Assembly: GCF_001194135.2 (NCBI RefSeq)
Contig: NC_068986.1
Location: forward strand, 31,181,203-31,245,202
Length of the DNA: 64,000 nucleotides
Direction: 5' to 3'
DNA from: Octopus bimaculoides
Lineage: Eukaryota
The position numbers and the translations under genes were made by a program. The notes below the pieces were generated by a model that was given only the letters and a program-made list of their open reading frames with translations, was not told the origin of the DNA and searched no databases. Shown here in pieces: positions 1 to 11,627 of the stretch (positions are counted from its first letter, which is position 1; the number at the start of each line of letters is the position of its first letter).

Positions 1-290
1 ATGATGCTATATCCCCTTCTATTTCGTTAAATGCTTCAAGTAACTTGTCTCTAAGTCTCTGTCCGTTTGCAGGGTCTTTAAGCTTCCACACCCTTCTCCT
101 CCAAGCCGGTCTAATTCCGGGCTCCCATTTTGCCTTGATCCCAAAGTCACTAACTACTAATCTATGTTGTGGGGTACATTCTTCGCCAGGGTAGGTTTTG
201 GCATTTATAAGCTGCCCTCTTTCCCTATTTCTGGCGAGGATGTAGTCGATTTGGCTAGAGTGTCTGCCGGAGCGGTAGGTGACTAGGTGA
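1..290 (-). mobile_element. LINE (RTE-like) ORF2 fragment, C-terminal part of the AP endonuclease
   Basis: Open minus frame SHLVTYRSGRHSSQIDYILARNRERGQLINAKTYPGEECTPQHRLVVSDF...RVWKLKDP. The T-Y-x(6)-Q-I-D-Y-I-L and S/P-Q-H-R-L-V motifs are typical of non-LTR AP endonucleases. Runs off the window edge. Confidence 0.85.
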
Positions 291-434
291 CTAAGAAAAT
301 TAAATTAACTGCCCTCATCTTCCCTAGTCAGTCGCATTCAGTCAAAAATGTTTACAATCGCCGCTTCTCTTGTGGAGACTTAAGAACTGACAAAAGTAAA
401 TGAAGCATTGTATATATGACCACAGCATACTTAC

Positions 435-488
435 AGCATCTTTTTTAATAGTTTTAAGTTCTTCCTGCAGTACAATAAATTCTTGAAG
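435..488 (-). CDS. ASDURF: Putative exon 2 of an ASDURF-like (ASNSD1 uORF, beta-prefoldin-like) gene
   Basis: Minus strand: acceptor ctattttttcag, 54 nt phase 0/0 encoding LQEFIVLQEELKTIKKDA, donor gtaagtatg. Resembles human ASDURF [18 protein letters not shown] as I recall it. Confidence 0.55.
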
Positions 489-2286
489 CTGAAAAAATAG
501 AGAGAACAAACAACATATATTCACAGGCATACAATGAGGAATACATGCCCCAGATTCCAGAGCCATTTTAAGGCCATGGTAGAAGCTGAGGACGGCTACT
601 TTGAGTAGCCATAATCTAGTTGATATTTTTTAATTTTATTTTTGGATGAGATATTATTTTCTTTTCCTTTTATGCAAACCGTCATATTTATTTATTTGAG
701 CACCCTGTACTTTAAGTCAATGTAGATGGCAAAGAAATTCAACAAGTTTTTACTCTATTTACCATTCTGGGTATCAAGTATTTCTTTATTTTATCATAGG
801 TTTTTAACATTAGCACAGAATCACAGTCAATCGAATCTATCCAAGTATTTGGCTGATATTTATTCTGTTGATCCTGGAAGGTTAAATTGACTATGCGGGA
901 TTTGAACTCACAATGTAAATGGATATAACTAAATATTGCCAGGTATTTTATCTGGTGGTCAACTGATTTCCTCGTCCATCATCTTGAGTCCAAATCCCAC
1001 TAAAGTTTATTTTACCTTTCATCCCTCCAGCTATAAGCTGGGATCAATCCTATCTATCAATCGTCGTTCTCAGAGGTGTCTGTTTCTGTACTTGTTAGTC
1101 TCCTCAACAATTTCTTTGACAGAGGTTTGGAATAAATAAAGCCAAAAAGAAATCTACTAGTTCCAAGTTAATAGTTCAAATTGCCGTTAACATCCCGGTT
1201 TGCTCTGAACAATGGAAACCATGGGCAGGAGCAGTAACAGACCAAGGATCATTCACACTGAATCAAGGTGTAACGGAAAGCTGGTGTCTACATCGGCCAA
1301 CGAATCTGAAAATTTAATTTCTACTAATCTGAACCCTCGTAATTTAAGGAATACAAGTCACAGTCATAATCTCCAGAACTAGAATCGGACATTCTAAAAA
1401 AAAAGGTCTATGTATATCTGTCCACTCAGAATTATTTTCGATAGTTAGGTGATCGCGATCTCAGAGCAGATAATGATATTCACCTGTAGTGTACACTGTA
1501 TCAGAATTACACTACACAATTTCGTATTGTAATATAAAATAAACAATCAGGTGGCACACTATCAATATATCATAATGTTTATAACGAAGTCTACAATTTG
1601 AGAAGAAAAATTAAGTGGGTAGGTTTAATCGGAAGTTATGTACGACAGAAAACTGAGTTTATTTAAAGCCGTAATCGTGGATTAAGGCAATCTTATGGCT
1701 TTTAGCAGGATAATAGTTAATGGTATGGGCAGTCCTACAATTCCTTCTTGGGCACCAATAGCACTTTACTTTCATTTAGCTCAGAGTCACAATTTTCCCA
1801 ATGTTGGAACTGGTAATAATCTGTGAAGTTTCAGTGGTTGAATCGTAGCCAATCTGTACTGGCAAAATTTTGAACTCATTTTTTGCTTACGTTGTTTATT
1901 ATAGCATCCAAAGAAAACACGTCAAAGTGAAAATATACTTGACGGGAACCAATGCAGAGTTTATATATATAGCTTTTAACCTGACGTAAAGAGAAGTTGT
2001 TAGAGAAAGTGCACTAGCACCCTTAATTAATCTACTTATATTTTATAATTAAGCACTTGTTCATATTTCCCCGCCTATTCCAACAGGGTTAGAGTCGTTT
2101 TTTCTTCCCACTAAGACAAATAAGTGCCGAATTATTTGGTTGAGGTAAATAGGTACAACCTATTCGGAGATGGCGATTTTATTCTTTGAAGCTATCTGAC
2201 GTTTCAAACTTGAAATAAACAATTTAATAACAGATAAATCGCCAAAGCATAACATTATGTATAATAATTAGATATGTATAAATAAC

Positions 2287-2352
2287 CTTTCGTGACGCCT
2301 CCGTCTTCCTTTCAGCCAAATATTCGTCACTGAACATGAGTGCCGTCTCCAT
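2287..2352 (-). CDS. ASDURF: Putative exon 1 of the ASDURF-like gene
   Basis: aaaATGG Kozak context, METALMFSDEYLAERKTEASRK, donor AAG|gttatt in phase 0, matching exon 435-488. Lies in a locally CpG-rich region. Confidence 0.5.
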
Positions 2353-2773
2353 TTTTAAAAGGAAAGGGAGAAACTGGTGTATTTGTTTACAAATAACCTA
2401 TATATTTCTGATATTTCTATCCGAAGTTACGTAGCATGTGCTCAGTAATTCGATATTTACTGAATATACCTATTTTAATTGTTAATAAAATAAGTATTAA
2501 TATTTTCTTTCTTTGTTTGAACTACCAACTTAACTACAGAGTTATATAACGAAAGTCATACAAAGGGTAAACGAGGAAGTCAGAACAATGAAGTAATTTT
2601 TATCATATGATGGCGAAATGGATATTTGGAGCAGAAGGTGAAACAGATTATTTAAGTTATCGAATGCTATTAGTATAAACAATTTTAAAATTCAAAAGAA
2701 ATATAGAACAATTATCCACAATTCAACCTTATATTGCAATTAAATAATTATATTCGAAGCCGAAGTATCGTAA

Positions 2774-2845
2774 GGCCCTGTGGCGCAACGGTAGCGCGTC
2801 TGACTCCAGATCAGAAGGCTGCGTGTTCGAATCACGTCGGGGTCA
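2774..2845 (+). tRNA. trnW-CCA: tRNA-Trp (anticodon CCA)
   Basis: 72 nt GGCCCTGTGGCGCAACGGTAGCGCGTCTGACTCCAGATCAGAAGGCTGCGTGTTCGAATCACGTCGGGGTCA. Acceptor stem pairs with two G-U, A and B boxes are intact, and a T8 Pol III terminator follows within about 7 nt. Confidence 0.97.
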
Positions 2846-3954
2846 TAATACTTTTTTTTCCCTTAAATTTTATTAATACTTTGTTGGCAGTTAATTGAAA
2901 TGTTTCATTTCAATTTTACTTCTGCTTTTTTCATTCTTTAACATCAAAAAGCTAACTTGGTAGATGTGATGTTTGGGCCCCTGTTTAAGAGAACACTCAG
3001 AGAAGGAAGGGTGGTGCACATGATTTTTTTCCAGGACTCGATGAAAGGCAAAAGTTATTCCCAGACTAGAGGAATCCACAAAAATACTCCATGAGACCAG
3101 TGAGTGTCCAATAGGACAACAGATTAAGTTAACAATCCAGAAAATGAACTTGCTATTCCTTTACAGCAGGACTGGAACCCTTTTATAGTATCAGAGGAGT
3201 ACTACAAATACACAAGAACCCATTAAGACGTATCTTGCCTTAGTAAAACAAATGAATCTTAGAGCAATCTTCAGCTACTCGTTTATCAAAGATAGAAGAA
3301 CTAAAAGTTCAAAGAAACTAGTATTGTTACAATAAATTAGAAAACTATCATAATAACTTGATATCAAGATTTTCTCCTGAATTTGTTTAAACAACTGAAG
3401 CAAAATTTTACATGAAATATAACAGTTTTGAAGAACATCTGTCTCTGTTCTCAGTAAATAAAATGCTACAGCCAATAATACCAAAAACACAATCATCCTG
3501 AAAATTTGTGCAGGCATGGCTGTGTGGTAAGAAGTATGCTTCCCAACCACATGGTTCCGGGTTCAGTCCCACTGCATGGCATCTTAAGCAAGTGTTTTTA
3601 CTCTACTACGATAGCTCCAGGCCGACCAAATCTTTGTAAGTGGATTTGGTAGATGGAAACTGAAAGAAGCCTGTTGTATATGCATGTGTGTGTGAGTGCG
3701 TATGTCTCTCACTCTCTCCTGGCAACTACAGAACAACTAATGATGGTTTGCTTCATCACCCTTAATAGTTTGGTAAAAAGTGACTAATAGATTAAGTACT
3801 AATCTTTAAAAAAAAAACAAAGTACTGGAGCTGATTTGTTTGACTAAAATTATTGGCCACAGTTTAATGACTGAAGCAAGTAAAAGATAAAAAGATATGG
3901 AGATATATTTTGAAGTAATTCCAGATATATATCTGAAAAGTAAATTGGCAATGT

Positions 3955-5116
3955 TAATCTCATTCCAGGGTGAAAAACTAGAGGTAGTCGATAGCTTCCG
4001 CTATCTGGGCGACCAAGTTAGTAGTGGGGGTGGGTGCACTGAAAGTGTAGCTGCTAGAATAAGAATAGCCTGGGCAAAGTTTAGAGAGCTCTTACCCCTG
4101 CTGGCGACAAAGGGACTCTCACTCAGAGTAAAAGGCAGACTGTATGACGCATGTGTACGAACAGCCATGCTACATGGCAGTGAAACATGGGCTGTAACTG
4201 CTAAGGACATACGTAAGCTCGCAAGGAATGAAGCCAGTATGCTCCGTTGGATGTGTAATGTCAATGTGAACACCCGTCAGAGTGTAAGTATCTTGAGAGA
4301 AAAGCTGAACATTANNNNNNNNNNNNNNNNNNNNNNNNNNNNNNNNNNNNNNNNNNNNNNNNNNNNNNNNNNNNNNNNNNNNNNNNNNNNNNNNNNNNNN
4401 NNNNNNNNNNNNNNNNNNNNNNNNNNNNNNNNNNNNNNNNNNNNNNNNNNNNNNNNNNNNNNNNNNNNNNNNNNNNNNNNNNNNNNNNNNNNNNNNNNNN
4501 NNNNNNNNNNNNNNNNNNNNNNNNNNNNNNNNNNNNNNNNNNNNNNNNNNNNNNNNNNNNNNNNNNNNNNNNNNNNNNNNNNNNNNNNNNNNNNNNNNNN
4601 NNNNNNNNNNNNNNNNNNNNNNNNNNNNNNNNNNNNNNNNNNNNNNNNNNNNNNNNNNNNNNNNNNNNNNNNNNNNNNNNNNNNNNNNNNNNNNNNNNNN
4701 NNNNNNNNNNNNNNNNNNNNNNNNNNNNNNNNNNNNNNNNNNNNNNNNNNNNNNNNNNNNNNNNNNNNNNNNNNNNNNNNNNNNNNNNNNNNNNNNNNNN
4801 NNNNNNNNNNNNNNNNNNNNNNNNNNNNNNNNNNNNNNNNNNNNNNNNNNNNNNNNNNNNNNNNNNNNNNNNNNNNNNNNNNNNNNNNNNNNNNNNNNNN
4901 NNNNNNNNNNNNNNNNNNNNNNNNNNNNNNNNNNNNNNNNNNNNNNNNNNNNTCTGAGTGGTTGGCGTTAGGAAGGGCATCCAGCTGTAGAAACTCTGCC
5001 AAATTTAGATTGGAGCCTGGTGTTGCCATCCGGTTTCACCAGTCCTCAGTCAAGTCGTCCAACCCATGCTAGCATGGAAAGCGGACGTTAAACGATGATG
5101 ATGATGATGATGATGA
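3955..5116 (+). mobile_element. 5'-truncated RTE-type LINE: ORF2 C-terminal region, gap, 3' end with (GAT)n tail
   Basis: GEKLEVVDSFRYLGDQVSSGGGC...RIAWAKFRELLP...LYDACVRTAMLHGSETW...LRWMC is a post-RT region of RTE-clade ORF2. After gap 4315-4952 comes the family 3' end AGGAAGGGCATCCAGCTGTAGAAA...TTAAACGATGATGATG. Confidence 0.85.
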
Positions 5117-5240
5117 ATCATCAGTTTGTAGGTAAATTTATAATTAATGTCACAAGATATTAATTGCAGCAAACAGAAATTTGTCTAAGGTTTATGGAGT
5201 GTTGAAAGCAATGTATATTAAATCAGTGTTCTGGTCATTG

Positions 5241-5288
<48 letters not shown>

Positions 5289-5347
5289 ACACACAGACAT
5301 ACATTTTTGTGGGGAACTTTGCCAACTGAAAGTTTCAAATTAAAACA

Positions 5348-6100
5348 TTAGATAGGAGTTCTAACTTTAAGTGCTAATATGTGGGGACGTAATCCAGGAA
5401 GCTCCAACGAATTGAGAAATTCAGGAGGATAGTTCACCATTTCATTTTTATCTGGAATTGTATCAACAGACTTGTAAGTGTGAAGAGTGCCGGGAAGAGA
5501 ATGCATTAGCTGTTGATTTATTCTTTTAACAGTGACGTTTTTTGGAGCTAATATTGCTCTTTCACACAACCAATTGTGATTTTGGTAGTTTTCTGTGAAG
5601 CTGGGAAAGACTTTCTGTTTGAGTTCATCTACAGAATTAACAACAGAGGAAAATGGCCACACTTCCATTTCTCCTGCAGCATCAAGAGGCACTTTGCCAT
5701 CACTAAGTGTCAAAATGTTCTGTGCAAACTTTGCAGACATTTGGTAACCGTGTAGCTGAGCTCTCGTGATAGTAGTAAGACTGAGGATCGTAACATGATG
5801 CCACGGGGCAGAGGACTCTAGGCATGCTTGAACCTCATCTGCTCTAGTTCCTTTCGGAATGACAGGAAGAGTTTGCCTGAAATCACATGACAACAGAAGT
5901 GTTACACCTCCCATTAGAGCCTGACAGTCTCGGATGTCTTTCAGGGCTCTATCTAATGCTTCCAAAGTTCCCTTGTGAGCCATGGTGCATTCATCCCAGA
6001 CGATTAGATGATACCTTTTAAGTATCTGCCCCTGATCTGAGCTTTTGCTGATATTACATGTAGGCATCTCGGATGCTGCTAAATCGAGAGGTTGAAAACA
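5348..6100 (-). mobile_element. Helitron RepHel helicase (PIF1-like) fragment
   Basis: LIVWDECTMAHK...LDRALKDIR...GGVTLLLSCDFRQTLPVIPKGTRADEVQACL...RAILAPKN...YPPEFLNSLELPGL..HILALKV, which are Helitron/PIF1 helicase motifs. Truncated at both ends. Confidence 0.9.
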
Positions 6101-6836
6101 CTGGCGAACAGAGGGGAGAGAGGAACAGGACAATTCACAGGATCCGATTTTTTCCCTAAACAAAATGGATATTCTTCCCATCCACAAGGTTCCGGGTACA
6201 GTCCCACTGCATGGCACCTTGGGCAAACACTGAAGTTTAAAGGACATGTTGTTGTACACCTATTACATTATTAAAATTTTTATTTTTGCTCGGGTCAAAC
6301 ATTAGAGTTTAAAGGTCATGTTGTTGTACACCTATTCCACTATTTTTTCTTTATTTTTTTCTGCTCGGGTCAAACCCTTTAGTTTAACCGTTTATTTTAC
6401 ATTGTTTGGGATTTTTTATGCTTTTGTGTAACGCATAATAGTTTTGAATGTAAATAATTTTATTAAACAACCAAAAGGCCCACTCGTACAAAAACAAAAC
6501 AAGCTCCTCACTTCAAATCAAACAGTCATCCACATAAGATATAATTCAAATAATTCAACTTTTATTATTATTAAAGTTTCTTTTCTAGCGCAATTTATCC
6601 CGCTCTTCCTTGTCATTCGGAACATTTGTTTAGCAATCACCGGTTAGAAGTTCTCGGTTCAACGCTGATTTTTATAAGTCCGAAATTTTGAAAATGACTG
6701 AAATTTAACATTTTTAAATATAATTTTTATTGAGAAACGATATTTTCTATCTTTATCTAGAAAATTTAAACGTGAAAAATCGAAACTATTTTGTCCAATG
6801 GAAAAATTGTATTACGCAGACTACGCTGTTGATAAA

Positions 6837-6865
6837 ATGGCAGTCCAAGCAGAGGATGGCATCGT
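6837..6865 (+). CDS. NAA35: NAA35 exon 1 ([10 protein letters not shown], phase 2)
   Basis: taaaATGG Kozak, donor GT|gtaagt. The phase 2 end completes codon GTT with the next exon. CpG-rich surroundings. Confidence 0.7.
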
Positions 6866-9371
6866 GTAAGTGGATCCTAGTTGCTTCCTATTCTGTCTTG
6901 ACCAGGAGCAATGAAATACATTTTTATCTATACAAGTAGATCTTTTTTGCGTTTGAATTGTTATCTGGAAACCAAAACTCTATCTTCTATAGCTTGTGTG
7001 ATTCGAGTCCTGTTCTATAGCGAACATGCGTATCCGAGGTTCAAACAGTTGTAATTTTATTTTCCTTGTTGTTTGTTCTGCTTCTTAGAGTTTATTTTAA
7101 ACCTTACCAGTCAATATTCAACAATGGTATTTCAATATTGAAAGATTTGAAAAATCATATTTGCAGATCAAGGTCCGTTATAATTTAACCGTTTTAAGGA
7201 AGAAACGCTGAATTTTAGTTACTCTCTTTTACTCTTTTACTTGTTTCAGTCATTTGATTGCGGCCATGCTGGAGCACCGCCTTTAGTCGAGCAAATCGAC
7301 CCCGAGACTTATTCTTTGTAAGCCTAGTACTTATTCTATCGGTCTCTTTTGCCGAACCGCTAAGTGACGGGGGAACATAAACACACCAGCATCGGTTGTC
7401 AAGCAACGCTAGGGGGACAAACACAGACACACAAACACATATATATATATATATATATACATATATACGACGGGCTTCTTTCAGTTTCCGTCTATCAAAT
7501 CCACTCACAAGGCTTTGGTCGGCCATATTTTGTTTAGATTTCTGCGCCAGCCATAATAATATAAACGTTTATAGTTTAAGCAAAACGAAATGTTCAGATG
7601 TAGAGACTAAAATACGTGCGAGAATAGATAACGCCTAAAAATCAAACAAGTTCTAATCTCTTATAATCGTAGGTATTCGAAATTGCTTCACCACTCATTG
7701 AAAATACTTTGGTTCTGCCTGAATATTGCGGCAACACTAATCTTCCTTTCTGTTTTAAAACTATGATTTATATATATATATATAGATAATTATTTTAAAT
7801 TTATATTTCAAAATCAAAAGCAACCCTGAATATCATTTATATATGAAGATTTGAAGCGGCTTTTAGTAACATTCTGTTGGAATTATTTCATAGTTTGTTT
7901 TCAAATCATACATTTATAATTTTAATTAACATGAAAAAATAAATATGGATCTTGGTTCTTAGTCTCTTTGAACGATTGTTTGTTCAACAGATCTACATAT
8001 GAATGAAGCAGTCCTCTTTCCGAATGATTCTTGATTACAAGGGTAGAGAATAAATCATATAGCATTTCTTTTGTACAGATTTCAACTTACGGATGTCTGT
8101 TCAGGGTAATGTATTTGCAAAATCGGTGTTGATTAAAATGCTTTTGTAGCATTAGTTCTGGCTTTTTATGTTTTGAGTTCAAATCCTGCCAAGATCAACT
8201 TTGCCTTTCATCCTTCTGGGCTTGATAAAGTACTAGCCATGTACTGGAGACGATATAATCGGCTGTTCTCTTACCTAAGTTTCTAGTTTTATGTCTACGT
8301 TAGAAACAGTTAATTAGTTAAAAGCTTAGTTTTCTAATTCAACAGAATATTTGAAGGATAAGACTCAAATGAATAGAATACAAAAGTTTTTGGTTGCAAT
8401 AGAATTTTTTAATGGTTTTTATTGGGTTTATTTAGCATCTGAATTAAGTCTACAGTCCCATTTTAGTACATTTTGGCTACTACCGTTTATTTTCCATATA
8501 TGATTTTTATTACCCATCAAACTCTAGTTTACGTCGTTAGTCTTTCCATGTGTTGAAATCAAACGATAAAATAAGTGTAATTTTATTTTGACTGGAATTT
8601 TATTTGACACCCTTTTTAAAAGGGACATTGAAATCTAACTTTGATTTGATAATGCCTTTCTGAAATAGTTTCGAAGAAGCTCTGAATATGGTGCTGTTGG
8701 TTCTGCATTTTTGACATTTTGCTCTGTTGTTTTCACCCCCAGTATCAGCTACAGTCTTTCTCAAAGAGAAATGGTTTAACATTCTGTATAAAATTTCTAT
8801 GATGCTGAATGATTGTTGCATTAGCATTACCTCTGCAGTGCATCGAAGACAAATTGGATACAGCCAAATTGATAAAACATCTAGGGTTTATAGAACTGTT
8901 GGATTTGTTTAAATATCTTATGGCATAGATGATATTATGAATGAACTAACATTATATGGTGAGGCTAGCCAATATATCTGTATAAAATAATAGAGATTTA
9001 GATTGCAGTTAGAGAAGATCTATAATAAACATATCAGCATTCTGAAAATCAATTATAATTACCGTTTTAGTAAATTAACTCTAATTTGGAGAATATTGAA
9101 AGGAGTTATGTTATAAAAATACATATGAACATTGCCAGCCCTTGTCAGCATGGAAAAACATGTTAAATATGATGATGATGATATATGTACATATACATAT
9201 AAATATAGTTCATTTCACACATATAAGCTATACTGCATATGAGCATATGATAACTTAGATAATACATATTTTCTAAATATAATGATGCAATATATTTTAT
9301 CTTATGCTTAATCTCTATATATTTAAATTTCTAATAAAGATTAAGAACTATAACTGCCTCAAATAGTAAGA

Positions 9372-9408
<37 letters not shown>

Positions 9409-11589
9409 CTTGTGGCATGAAAAATACATCCAGTGCATCTGTAAAATGTTTGGCATTAGGAAGGGTATCTAGCCATAGAAACCATAACAAAGCTGACATG
9501 CAATGCAGCTTTGTCAAAGTAGCCAACCTATGCTGGCATGGGTAGGATGTTAAATGATGAGGATGATATAAAGACACTTCTTCAAAAGAGTTCTAACTTT
9601 TCTGAATCTGTATAAAAATGAACTGCTGTTGAATGACACATTGAACACTTTATTAATAATTAAATTAAAACTACATTTTCAACATACTGATATGCAGAAG
9701 TGACTGTATGGTGGATGGTTTGTTCCCCAACCACATGGTTCCAGGTGCAGTTCCACTCGTATCTTGGGCAAATGTCTTGTACAATAGCTTCTGGCCAACT
9801 ATGGCCATGTGAGTGGATTTGGTGGGCAGTGGCTGAAAGAAGTCCATCGTGTATATATGTATGAATGCATGTGTGTTATTGTCTCCTTGCTTTGATAATT
9901 GTAAATGAGTATCACCATTCATGCAAGTGGTGTCCTTCATTTCCAATCTTCTGTGAAAACATATCTGGTCATGGAGAAATATTACCTTACTTAGAAACAG
10001 GTAAAGGTTGGTGACAGGAAGGGCATCTGGCTGTAGAAAATCCACTTCAACAAATTCTGTCTGACCCATGATGCCAGCATGGAAAAGTAGATGTTAAAAG
10101 GATGATGATGATGAAGCATTGTCTTTTATAGAAATTAAATTATCAACAAACAACCTATGTAAATTTTGATTTGCTAACTTTTTTTCTTGTTTTTTTTTTT
10201 AGTTATTTTATTTTGAAATTGTAAATTGATAAAACATTTTTTAAAGCCAGGATCTATGGGGGAAAGCTTGACTGAAAGAAGTAATATTTTTTAAATGAGA
10301 ATCAAATTTTGAACCTAAATTGGAATTTAGTTACCCCGTCCCCCCATGAAATCTGACATTTAAAATTGATAAAAATTGATAAACGATTTTTACACTTTTA
10401 AAAGATTTAGATTCAGTTGTGAATTGATCAATTGAAAATTTTCACCTGAGAAAAGTTTATAGAATAAAATAGAATGCATTTTCTCGAGGAAATTAACAGC
10501 CTGATACTAAAGAACTAGCTATAATTTGATTTAAAAAAATTTCAGTAAATTTTTTTTATATATATAATTTAAAATAAATATTTTCAGTGAAAATGAGATG
10601 GTACCAGAGGTTTCTGAACAAATCCAACAACCTACAAGACTTGTCTACCAGTGGGTTGATATTACAGATGAATTTTCCCAAGCATGTTCTGAGCTACATC
10701 TTGGCGAATTACTTAGAGATTCTTCGTGAGTATATTTATATATATATTTGTGAGCATGTGTGTTTGTGTGTGATTGTGTGAGATGGTTATGTAGTTAAAA
10801 ACTTTGCTTCCCAAATATGTGATTTCAGGTTCAGTCCTACTGTGCAACACTTTCGGAAAATGCTTTTTATTTTAGCTCTGAGCAGACCTCTAAGACTTGG
10901 GAGTGGACATGGTTGATGGAAACAGAAAGAAGCCTGTCATAAATATATGTTTAGTGGAATTTTGTTTGTCTTCACATTCTGAGTTCAAATTCTGCCATGG
11001 ACAACTTTGCCTCTCATCCTTTTGGAGGTCAATAAAATGAGTAACAGTTGAGCACTGGGGTTGATGTAATCGACTTACCCCTTTCCCTGAAATTGCTGGC
11101 CTTGTGGCCAAAAACTTGGAATCATCATTATTGTTATATTAAGAGAGCAAGATTGCAGAATCATTATTATGCTTGACGAAATACTGAGAGACATTTCTTC
11201 TGGTTTTGTGTTCTGAGTTCAAATTCTGCCAACGTTGACTTTGCCATTCATCTTTTCAGGGTCAGCGAAATCAGTACCAGTCAAGTACTGGGGTCCATTT
11301 AATTGACTTAGCATCTCACAAAATTTTAGGCCTTGTACCTATCTTAGAAAGGATTGATATTTTTATTATTATTATTATGGTACTGAGCTGGCAGAGTTGT
11401 CAGCACACTAGACAAAATGCTTAGCAGTATTTCATCTCTATTTACATTTTGGGTTCAAATTCTGCCGAGGTTTATTTTGGCCTTTGTACTTTAGGGGCCG
11501 ATAAAATAAACACCAGTTGAACTCTGGGATCGATGTGATTGGCTTACACTTTCCTTTATAATTACTGGCTTTGTGCCAAAATTTGAAAC

Positions 11590-11627
<38 letters not shown>

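Noticed and set aside
3513-3580. tRNA-like heads of SINEs (also 24045-24140, 38590-38670, 16850-16920) as tRNA genes
   Set aside because: They do not form complete cloverleaves and run into SINE cores.
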